This document shows positions 53,595-64,000 of a stretch of 64,000 nt of DNA, piece after piece (position 1 is the stretch's first letter; each line of letters starts with the position of its first letter). The notes under the pieces were generated by a model that saw only the letters and a list, made by a program, of their open reading frames with translations, was not told the origin of the DNA and did not search any database. The DNA is from the human T2T-CHM13v2.0 reference genome, Homo sapiens. The DNA is taken from NCBI RefSeq assembly GCF_009914755.1, contig NC_060929.1; one strand, written 5' to 3'. A program made the translations under genes and the position numbers.

Positions 53595-54399
53595 TGTTAA
53601 GAGGTGGTATGTATGTTTGTGCTGAGAACCAACAAGGTCCACTGATTTCTTTCAGCCACTGCCTTTCTGGGGTTCAGAATAAGACAAAAATGAAAAACAA
53701 ATGGTTCCTTGTGTTTTCTCCCTGACAGCCAGCATCTCCTCAGTGGCCTTCCCATTCTGCTGTAGCATTTGGAGCCTGTTCTCCTTCTCTGCCCTTGACA
53801 TTCTCTGACAATGCTCAGTATGGGTCCTGACCATGACCTGGGGTTCTCCCTCAGCTGGTACCTGATTTAACAAAGAAATACGAAGCTGCGGTTCTCACTG
53901 TTGTATATTACCCGAGAGTCTCTTTAATGACAGGATATGAGGGACTTGAGTGGACTTAATTAGCATTTAAAAGAAGAAAATCTTGACATGGTGATTTAAT
54001 GAGCTTAGCAAAGCTATTGCTCTGAGCATTGTTGCAAAGTTGGTGTTAACTGGAGTTGAGAGTGTGTAGCTAATCTAAATATATTAGATCCATTGAACCC
54101 TTGCTTAGCCACAAGGACGGAGTTATTGATGACATAGATGGTGACATGTCACCATATGTGGATAAGACCACAACCATGGAGTCAGATGCATGAGACAGCC
54201 GCAGATTGATTCCTTACTTTTTTTTTTATTTCTCATTCCCCTCATCCACAAAATGGAACATTAGCATCTACCCTTGCAGGTTGTCCTGATAATTCACAAC
54301 ACAGTGAAACAGTAAATGGTCAGCACTTAGCCCAGTGCTTGGCATATAGTAGACACTAAAGAAATGTAAGGGAGTAATGAAAATAAAATAACAAATATT

Positions 54400-55250
54400 A
54401 GGAGAGCAGTAGGAGATATGTGAATGTCAGGCTAAGAGATAACACACATCCAATAGGCAATGAGCAGCCATTGGTGGTTTAGCAGTGGCAAACTTGTTCA
54501 AAGAACGGTTTTATGATGATTACTTTTGCAATAGTATAAAAAAAGTGAACTGGAGGAGAATAAGGGTAGCAACAGTGAGGATATAATTGCAAAAGTCCAG
54601 GCATGAGGAATAAATATGGTGATGAAAATAGAAACAAAATGCAGATAGAAATGACTTAAAAAAAACACTAAAAAAATTAACTGGAAAAAGAATGAAATAA
54701 AGTTATCGAGGAAATTATTTCAATTAGGAGACTGAAAAAGAGTGGAAATAGGAATATTTGGAGGCGGAGTTAATTGGGGAAATGCTAAGTTCTACTTTCA
54801 GCTTATTGAGTCAGACAATAGTGCAACATCGGTGGAGATAAACTTGGGGTGGTCAGTGATTAGAGAGGCTCCAAGCCAGGACCTTCTGATTTAGAGTTGT
54901 CTGTTTGAACTGGATGGTTGAAGCCATGTGAACGAATGAGAACTACAAAAGGGAAGAGTGAGAAGTGCAGAGACTGAGAATTCCACATCAACAGTATAGT
55001 TGGTAGAGGGAACCCAGTAGGAAAGAACTGTGTGAGAAGGGAGGCAGTGCTGAGTGATGCCAAAGACTACAGAGAGAAGAGGTGAAATGAAGACTAAGCA
55101 CAAGCCATGGGCTGGTCAGAAGTGGACTTGAGAGCTGAGCTGCAGGGTCACCCTCAATGCAGTGCTTGTGGATGAGAAGAAAGTCAGATGGAGCCTTGTT
55201 GATGAGAAGGAATGAGAAGCTGGAACTGTCTGAGGTGCTGCCCCGTTCTC
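54400..55250 (-). mobile_element. Highly diverged L2 fragments
   Basis: GGCAATGAGCAGCCATTGG; AAAGTCCAGGCATGAG; GGATGGTTGAAGCCATG; GTGATGCCAAAG. Confidence 0.45.
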
Positions 55251-56549
55251 TAGCTGCCAATTGTTCATGGATATTATTTTGCTTTTTCAATGGTGATGGT
55301 GTTTTTCCCCCCTAAAGTTGAATTTTGTGACCTTGAATAGGATATCCACATTATAAACTTTTAAAAGCCCCTATGGGAAGATTTCCAATACTCTGTTCGT
55401 TTTCTGAGTAAGAAGGTGGGTCAAGATCCATCCCCTTTTGGAAAACTGAGCTCCCCGTAATGTTTTCAGAGCCAGTTTTCCCACTCAAGAATGTTCTCAG
55501 AGCCATTCATGCAAATGGAGGAGAAGACCAAGAAGTCAGAAAATGGGAGACCATGTGGATGAGCTTGCATGATGTCGGCTCCTCTGGCCTTTTCGCCTTA
55601 TCTCCCATTAGCTGCCCAAGCAGATGCTGGGCTTCAAACATCCCCAAACTCAAGTCACCCTAACACGGACAGATTTTGCTCCTACCAGTTAAATGGAAAA
55701 TTCCCAAATGTCTGTTTCATTAAATTGCCACCACAAGGGATAAATAGGTCGCCAAGCTGTGCCTACATTCATTGTATTTTCATTGTGTGCTTCTTGCATC
55801 TTTCTAATGTGATTACTGTGCAAAGATGCAGACAGTGTCTGTGGGCAGCTTAACTGTGTCCTCGAAAATTCTTTGTCTTCTGCTTACCAGCCATATGCTA
55901 AGAAGCAACACCTTCTAGCACAAGTACCATTATCCTGTGGCAGCTATTTCGACCCTGAAGACACAAGGCTTGCAGAGCTGTTCCAGTGTGGGTGAGACAG
56001 GGAGAAGGCCACCAAGTCCCATTACCACACTCACTGAAGGGTGCTTTTGGATGCATGAAGGGTGTGCAGATGGCTGGAATTTGAGGACCAGCCAAGAGAT
56101 GTCCAGGTGGTGTGTGGTGGCTGCTGGCTGCCTCTCAGACTTTTGGTCCTAGGAGCAGAGTGAAGCTGAAAGCAGAAAGATAAAACCATCTGTAGGGAAC
56201 CTGCTGTCAGCAGCCTGCAAGGACAGGGTAGTACAGTGTGACCAGGACGAGCTTTTCTCCTGGGAGACCTCACCAGCTAAGAGCAGGGGGATAGATATTT
56301 TGGTTGCTAGAACTGTAAATCAGCAAATATTTCTAGGTTGTGAGAAGCATACAGGTCTTGTGAACTCAGCGGGTTTTCTGGCTGCAGATCCTGTCCTCTG
56401 GTGCCGTGGGCTCCAGCTTTGCATGCATCTCTCTGGACACAGCCCCTGGCTAGCAGGTGGGACTGAGCCATGCTAGCTTTGTGGGGACACGGGCTCCTGT
56501 CCAGCCCTCTTCTCACATCTTTCAGCGGGTGGGGAGCACAGGTGTTCAA

Positions 56550-56740
56550 AACCCAGCTTCTGGGAGGGTGAGTCTCAGTTCTATCCCTTCCTGGCCATGT
56601 CACCCTGGGCTAATTACTTAACCTCTCAAGGTTTGTTTTCTTGCCTGTCATTTGGGAGTGATTCTAGAACCCCTTGGTGGTGATGTGGGGGTAAATGAGA
56701 TAAGCCACATAGAGAAGTTTATCTGTCACTTAGCCATTGA
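56550..56740 (+). mobile_element. MIR
   Basis: CCATGTCACCCTGGGCTAATTACTTAACCTCTC...GTAAATGAGATAA. Confidence 0.7.
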
Positions 56741-57269
56741 AGAGATGTTATGTCCTTTAGTTCTTTTCATCCCTCACTCACTGGCCTATTGACACTGTCT
56801 GACGAATGGCTTTTTTTTTTCTTTTTTTAAGCTACATTTAAGCCCCTATTACCGGTTGTTTAACTTTGTTAAATTCTAGTCATTCTTGGCAGTAGCTCAA
56901 GATATAAGAAATTGTTCTCCCTACCAAATAATTAACTCCTAAATGTCACCCTTAAGCAATTTAGTGCTGCCATTGAAATGCAAATGTTACTTCTATAAGC
57001 TTGGCGCTTTTATCTCGCTGATAACTTTTTTTTTTTTAACCAGAGAAGTTCTAAAAGAAATATAATTTCTGTCCATTTCTAGAAAGCCTCCTTTGAACTA
57101 AAATGGAAACTCAAGGCCTCTGTAAAACCATGTAGGCTAACCTTTTCTTTTTCTCTTGAGATGCCCAACAGGCTAAGGAAACAATCTGACAATTAGGAAG
57201 TTTCAAAACAGAGATTCAAGAGGCACATGGGCCACTATCCAGCAAATGAAGGAATCCTTAAGGCCATGG

Positions 57270-57400
57270 CTCATGATCTTGCTAACATTGGAATCAGCCA
57301 GGGACCTCTTAAAAATCCTGACACCCAGAATGCACCCCAGACCTGTTAAAGTAGAGCTTCAAAAATATTATAAGGTCCAAAGTGATGCTGATGCAACATT
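57270..57400. mobile_element. MER5-like hAT MITE fragment
   Basis: TTGGAATCAGCCAGGGACCTCTTAAAAATCCTGA...CACCCCAGACC...GTGATGCTGATGCA. Confidence 0.5.
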
Positions 57401-57401
57401 C

Positions 57402-57923
57402 TGTTGCAAGATTCTGATGCAATAATCTTGCAATGGTTCTTGTCTTCACCCAGGAAAGAATTTAAGGGCAAGCCTGTGGTGTTAGACAGAAATCTTTCAT
57501 TGAACCAGAGCTACTCCATGCAGAGTGGGGCGAACTCATAGGCATTGAGCCCAGAGCAATGTTTGGGCAGTTGGCAACTGTATTTATACTCACATAAACC
57601 CACTTTCAATTACCTGCAAATTAAATGGTGAGTAAATGCAAATTGAGGTCCAAGTTATTTAGGTCTTTCTAGAAAAAGGGCGGTAACTTCTGGGTGCCAT
57701 GGAAAGGAGTGGCGACTTCTGGGTTGTTGCCATGGCATTTGTAGACTGTCACGGCTCTGCTGGGAATATCTTGTGCTAATGAGCAATGAGAGCAGCTGGG
57801 GATCACCTCCCTGGCCATCTGCTGGTTTTCACCGGTTTCTTTACTTTATCCTGTCCAGACCAGATCATGTTTTGGTCAGCAGGGTTGTGATCAGAAAGCA
57901 AGTCCAGATGGTCTCCCACCTTA
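57402..57923 (-). mobile_element. ERV1 solo LTR, LTR9/MER61-like
   Basis: GGTTCTTGTCTTCACCCAGGAAAGAATTTAAGGGCAAGCC; tandem GGCGGTAACTTCTGGG...GCCATGG units; ATGCAAAT. Confidence 0.7.
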
Positions 57924-58053
57924 ATCCTGGTGGGCGTCCACCATGGATCTGCACTTCAGAGAGGCGTCTCCACTGCTCATCAGTCTCTCTTTGATGAAGG
58001 ATCCTACCTGCAAGGAGCTCACCACTTTGCCAGTTGGTTGATGATTTCATTTG

Positions 58054-58422
58054 TGTCTTAGGCCATTTGGGCTGCTGTAACAAAGTACCATCGATCGGTG
58101 GCTTATAAAGAACAAATTTATTTCTCACGGTTCAAAAAGTTGGGGGTCTGAGATCGGGGTGTCACAATAGCTGATTTCTGGTGAGGGCCCTCTTCCAGGC
58201 TATAGACAGATGACTTCTCAGTGTGTCCTCACATGGAGGAAGGAAAAAGCAAGCTCTCTGGCCTTTTTTTTTCTTTTTATAAGGGTACTAATCTCATTAA
58301 TGAGATCTCCATTTCCATGACATAATTAGCTTCCAAAAGTCTGCTTCCAAATACCATCACGCTGGCAATTAGATTTCACATAGGAGTTTTCTGAGGGGAG
58401 CAGGATCATTCCAGTCCATAAC
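58054..58422 (-). mobile_element. MLT1A0-like solo LTR
   Basis: TGTCTTAGGCCATTTGGGCTGCTGTAACAAAGTACCAT...GGTGGCTTATAAAGAACAAATTTATTTCTCAC...CCAAATACCATCAC. Confidence 0.85.
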
Positions 58423-61400
58423 TGTTAGCAAACCATGGAGGCTGCCTCTGGTGGGAGGAGAAGATTGCAAACTTTACACAGGGCCAGACACACCCAGTGG
58501 CCACCCCCTGGCTCCAGCAGGTTGGTGTCATGTGGAATGCAGATAGATGGTTGCCAGATATTCTAATTTATGAAGAAGAGCTGGAAATTCAAATATTTAT
58601 ATCCTTGATTTTAAATGTGAGCAAATAATTTACAGAGTTAAAGCCCAGTAGGAAAAAATGCATTGTACTTGCAGGCCTTGGGTTTGTGGCTCTGCTCTGC
58701 AGGGCTGAGCATCCCTGATATAAGGAGAGAAAGGGAGGCCTGGGCGCTGTCTAGAGGGGAAGAAATTGGAGAGAGTGATGTATACAAACATGATGGAAAA
58801 GGAAGATGGGAAGAGGCACCAGGAGGAAGATACACAAGGCATGCTTTGAGAGCAGAGGCAAGGGCCGTTGACACTCTCCAGCGTTTGTACTTTGGGTTGT
58901 ATTTGTTTTCTCTCCTATGAATTATGCCCAATTGGAAAGAGTCAAAAATCTCACTGCTGAAAGTCCCATAACAACCTCCCTTATCTTGCCACGATCCCTC
59001 AGAACCACTGGAAATTAAGGAAACAGGAAGATCCCTACTCTGATCACAGGAAAGGCAGATGCCTTCTGTCTACACTGGCCACCAGAGGAGGACTGAGTGC
59101 TGTAGCTTGGGCTGGGGTGGGAGGCAGATGAGAGGCGGTCTGTCAGAATCTGCCATGGTCAGCTGGTGTTGGGAATGCCTCATCCAGAGGTCCCTTCCTG
59201 TGGCTTACTCACAGAGGTCCAGGGCCTGAGCTCTAAGCAGCAATGACTCTAAATGTCCATGGATTCAGGTAAGAAAGGGGACAGACCAGGGCAGGGGTGC
59301 AGCTGGTGTTGGCCTCCTCATGGGCATCCAGATGACAGGGCAGGGGACAGTGCAGGACTCAGGAGCTCAGGAGAGTCATCCTTTCATAGAGGGTCGGGAG
59401 CCCTAAGGCCAGGGCAAGGAGCCCGAGGGTTCATGAACTCTGGAGGAAGGAGGAGGGAGTCAAAGGCAGGCAGCTGGGAGAAGCCAGGAGTGGGTTGGCT
59501 GGAGGTATTGATTTGGCCATCCCTGAAGCATCTGAAACTTTCAATGGCTGGAGTGAGAAGTTAATCCTCATGATCCTTTCTAAAAACGACATTCTTTTAT
59601 TGAAGACAGGTTAAATAGGACATGGGAAGAAGAGGGAAAATAGAAAATAAAAAAGCATTTGAAAGGCAAGAGCACAAAATAGGTGCCATTTGGGGAGATA
59701 ACACTGTAGAAGGTTAAAGAGAAACATCGCCTTCTCTGCTGTTTTCCAACCCCAAGCCAAGTATCTATGTTCAGGACAAGTTTGACTCAAAGACTGTGTC
59801 AATGGTCTCCAAAGATATGCAGAACCCATTAAAATAGTAACGATGTCTTTAATTTGCTGTAGTTTTGTTTCCAACCCTCGATGGGTAGTGAGAGTGAGGA
59901 ATCCAGGTACCCATTCTGAGACCAGATGACACAGCCCAGCATTTGTTTCCTAGTATCCCTGGATACTTTGAGAAGCACGCGAGGCCATACAGAATGATGT
60001 GTTCTGGGCATGATGGGTTTGCAGGATCCAGGCAGCCCCAGAAGGGCCATGGGTGTTTGGAATTGAGCCCTGATGTTCAGGTGGGAGAAGAGATTAGGGA
60101 CAGCTTTGTCTCTTGGCCCGTGCAGCTTCCCAAGTGTCAGCTTCCTTTGTGAGGCGATTTATAAGCTGGTACAGTCTGGCCTGAGAGCTGTTTGCCAGTC
60201 CCTGCTCACCAAGGTCAATAGTGACTCTCGCTGACACATTTGAGATGAATGGAGATTTTGTATTTGGTGTCTAGGATTGGGATTTTCCATGCAAGAGTTA
60301 ATAAAGATTATTGGTATTTACCATCATTTTGACAGGCCACATGGGGCTCAGACTCTCCTTGAGAGTGCTCACCTGACCCTTTTCTTTTTGGCTTCTTTTC
60401 TTTGAGAACAGAGTGGCTGCCACCACCAGAGCCACCACCAGAGCCCAGGGCATCCAGACAGCATGACAGAAGCTGCACCATCCAGGGCGCATTCACAGCC
60501 AACAGAGACAGAGAGCGGTGTGTGAGTGGTGATGCGGTAGTAAACTGACTGAGAAAGGCAGAAGGCACCTGCTCAGCAGAACACGGCCTTCATAATCTGC
60601 CTGGTCTCCTTGGAAACTCATAAATAAGGAAAATTAAAAGACACTTGCCCACCGCTCTGGCTCTCATCTGGTAACAAATATTGGCGGATGCTTTGTTTTA
60701 GTGCCTGCTTCCCTGCAAACTATGTGCAAACAGTGAATAAGGTATCGATTTAACTGCAATGGGTTGCATCAATCATCTTGAGATTTGTACACAGAAGGTA
60801 GGGTCTGACAGAGTCACAATAAGGAAAAGGCCTTCAATAGTTGAAGGATTTTACGAGGAGCACCAGGAAGGATGCTGGGCAGCAGCTCCCTGGTGTGAAG
60901 GGCTTTGGGGGGTATGCCCTGGTGTGATGTAGGTGGGTTGGACTTACTACCCGGCAAATTGCACAGGTCTGGGGGTCTGGGTGACTTTGCAGAGATTGGT
61001 GCAGCTGTGGGGGCATCAAGAGTCTGTGTCAAGAGGAGGCAGTGTCAGTTTCAGGCTGGATATGGCTCCTCAGCTCCTGAGTGTGCCCTGCCTCCTCCTA
61101 TCACGGAGGCTTGGCCCAGCTCCATGTAAGACAAAGTGACAGATGAAGGTGATTAAGTGTGGGGGACAAACATAACTCACTCACTCTGTCTTCAATTCCA
61201 ACTAGAGGAAGGGAAGTGACCTATTCAGGAATTGGGCTAATGTGACTCAAGTCCCTCACAGGCCCCGCACCAGGACACTTTGACAAGGGTGTAAAATCTC
61301 ACTGCCTCTCTTGTTCCCCATTTGCAGAATGAGGAGAGCATTAGCTGCCATGAGCTGTTGAGACAGAGTAACTGGGATTCCACACACTCTGCAAACTTCC

Positions 61401-61738
61401 AGGTGTGTAGTTATTTACGGCAAATGGGAGAGGCTACTATTGTGGCCTGAAGTCAGAGGCAAGGATGGTTTAAAGTAGCAGAAACCAGGCCAGTGACGGT
61501 GGCCACCGACAGGCGTTTTCTGAGCATCCAGGATGTGCCGTGCGCTGCACAGTCACTGGTAAGGCAAACACGGGGTGCGGGAGCTCCCTGACATGGGGGG
61601 GCTGTGTGTGACCAGGTGGTAAAAGATGACCAGGGGTGACAGCGTGAGGGGGAATCTGTCCAAGGCCCGCCCCTGCCTTCTGGTCCTGCTGGCAGTTTTC
61701 CGTGTTCGTCACCTGGTGTTCTCCTCTCTGTATCTTCT

Positions 61739-62403
61739 TTGTTTTTTTTGGAGACAGGGTCTGGTTCCATCACCCAGGCTGGAGGTGCAGTGGTGCAATC
61801 ACGGCTCACTACAGCTTTGACCTCTTGGGCTCAGGTGATCCTCCTACCTCAGCCTTCTGAGTAGCTGGGACTACAGGTGTGCACCACTATGTCCAGCTAA
61901 CTTTCGTATTTTTTGTAGAGGCAGGATTTCACTATTGTATTAGTCTGTTCTCATGCTGCTAATAAAGACATGTCTGAGACTGGGTAATTTCCAAAGGAAA
62001 GGAGGTTTAATGGACTCACAGTTCCACATGGCTGGAGAGGCCTCACGATCATGGCAGAAGGTCAAAGGCACATCTTACATGGCATCAGACAAGAGAGAAC
62101 GAAAAAAAAAACCAAGCAAAAGGGGAAACCCCTTATAAAACCATCAGCTCTCATGAGACTTACTCACTACCATGAGAACAGTATGGGGAACGACACCCCC
62201 ATGATTCAATTACCTCCCACCAGGTCCCTCCCACAACACGTGGGAATTATGGGAGCTAAAATTCAAGATGAGATTTGGGTGGGGACACAGCCAAACCATC
62301 TCAACTGTATCCCAGGCTGCTCTTGAACTCCTGAGCTCAAGCAATCCTCCCACCTTGGCCTCCCAAAGTGCTGGGACTACAGGCCTGAGCCACCACACCT
62401 GGA
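61739..62403 (-). mobile_element. AluJ split by THE1B (61739-61935 and 62304-62403)
   Basis: GAGACAGGGTCTGG...TTTTTGTAGAGGCAGGATTTCACTAT | ACTGTATCCCAGGCTG...CTCAAGCAATCCTCCCACC. Confidence 0.9.
61936..62303 (-). mobile_element. THE1B solo LTR
   Basis: TGTATTAGTCTGTTCTCATGCTGCTAATAAAGAC...GGGGACACAGCCAAACCATCTCA; TSD ACTAT/ACTGT. Confidence 0.93.
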
Positions 62404-63597
62404 CTCTGTGTCTCCTTTTCTGTCTCTTATAAGAAAACTGGCCATTGACTTTAGGGCCCAACCGGATCCAGGATGATCTCACTTCCAGATCTTTGCCTTA
62501 CCTGCATCTGCAAAGGCACGTTCGGAGCTTCCAGGTGGAAATGACTTTGGAGGAGGCATCATTCAACCCCACTGCACGTGGGAGGCCCTGGTGTCACCGA
62601 GGAGGTGCTAGTTTCTCAGAGAGGCAGCCTCTCAGCTGAGGAGAAGCATCCAAGAGGCTGGCGGAGATTGGAAATGAAAGCGAGCAGGGTTTTCACAGCG
62701 AGCCAAACAGCCTGGAGGCCAGGAGGAGAGGACAAGGAGTCATGCGACCTGGTAAAGCAGCTCCTCTCTACACACCCCTCTGGGGAATCTTAGTGCTGAG
62801 AGGAAACCTTGGAGGTCTTATTTCTCTACAGCCTGGAATTAGATGTGTCTGCCATCTTTCTGAATTTTGGGAATAGGTCTAAAATAGTGGCTTTTGGAGG
62901 CAGACAGATGAGTTCATATCTAGGCTGTGCCTGGGGCGTGTCCCTTGATTGTTCTGAATTGCAGTAAAACTCTCTTGCAAAAATGGGGCTCCTGGTTCTT
63001 ACTGACCTGTTAGGCTTGGAGGATGACATGCGATAATGAAAGAAAGGCAGCTGCCTGTAACAGCAGCTCATTTCAGGTCCATTTCCTTTCATTTTCTTAC
63101 TAAGCCTCATTGCTTCTAAACTCAGGCAGCCTCTCAAATTATAATTTAAATTTAAAAATTCAAGTATAGATATTTTCAGAACATTTCCTCCTAAATACAA
63201 CCCAGCCTGAGCAATCACATTTTACGTTTTTAACCTTATCCCAAGAACCAATTTCTGAACCACCATTTAATGAACGTTAGACAAAAAGGGTTACAATAGA
63301 GAGCAGAGAGCCCCATGCACCCCGGAGTGAGGCTTTACGAGGGAGGAGTGCTGCTCTGTCCAGCGTCTAACCCAGAGATGCCTGTGCTTAGGGAAAGAAG
63401 AAGATCCTCAGCATTTGTTGTAACCCCAGGTCTTATCCCTCCCTTCTTTAGAATGGAAGGTTCTGCCTCTTATGCATATTTAGGTCTCATTTCTTCCCCT
63501 TACGATAAAACATTCACCATGTCTCTTGTGCTTGTTTTGAAGTGGAGACCAGCAATGCTCTTTATTTTTCTTTTCTTTTTTTTTTAGTTAAATTTAA

Positions 63598-63906
<309 letters not shown>

Positions 63907-64000
63907 GAACGCTATATAGTTCTACCTGATTTGTGCCAAGAATGAGGCTTGGCGAGAAAAAGAAAGGAAATGGACTGGAAATCAGCTGCTGTTATGTGTA

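Larger units (their letters stand above)
61645..62576 (-). mobile_element. MLT1-like LTR hosting a nested AluJ and THE1B
   Basis: GGGGAATCTGTCC...GCCTTCTGG on the left; CTCTTATAAG...GGGCCCA...ATCCAGGATGATCTC...CATCTGCAAAG...ATTCAACCCACTGCA on the right. Confidence 0.65.

Noticed and set aside
59076-59092. CTCF-like motif TGGCCACCAGAGGAGG (weaker ones near 44595 and 58497)
   Set aside because: Mismatches in the GGCG part of the core; cannot be supported without a PWM scan or ChIP data.

Overview
Repeat-rich primate genomic DNA. AluY-type elements point to a catarrhine, most likely human or great ape. It reads as intergenic or deep-intronic: I recognise no protein-coding gene, RNA gene, CRISPR array or prokaryote-type system. 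The ORF track is explained by chance ORFs, Alu/LTR read-throughs, decayed LINE-1 ORF2 fragments and a (GAT/GGT)n repeat. The window is dominated by 12 Alus, L1 fragments of several ages, L2/MIR relics, MaLR LTRs (MLT1, MST, THE1), ERV LTRs (MER31, MER34, MLT2, LTR9-like) and DNA transposons (Tigger3a, MER58, MER1B, MER20, MER6). The most notable structures are: a head-to-head inverted AluY pair whose 27-bp spacer is just the two target-site duplications (TSDs) sharing one TTTTAAAA site; a twin-primed 5'-inverted L1PB; an internally deleted MST provirus; several nested insertions with readable TSDs; recent tandem duplications; and candidate regulatory patches (paired ARE/AP-1 motifs, a CpG-enriched non-repeat segment, an octamer-bearing LTR9-like LTR). 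I found no convincing novel biological system. Family names come from recalled consensus sequences, so subfamily calls and boundaries of old elements are approximate.
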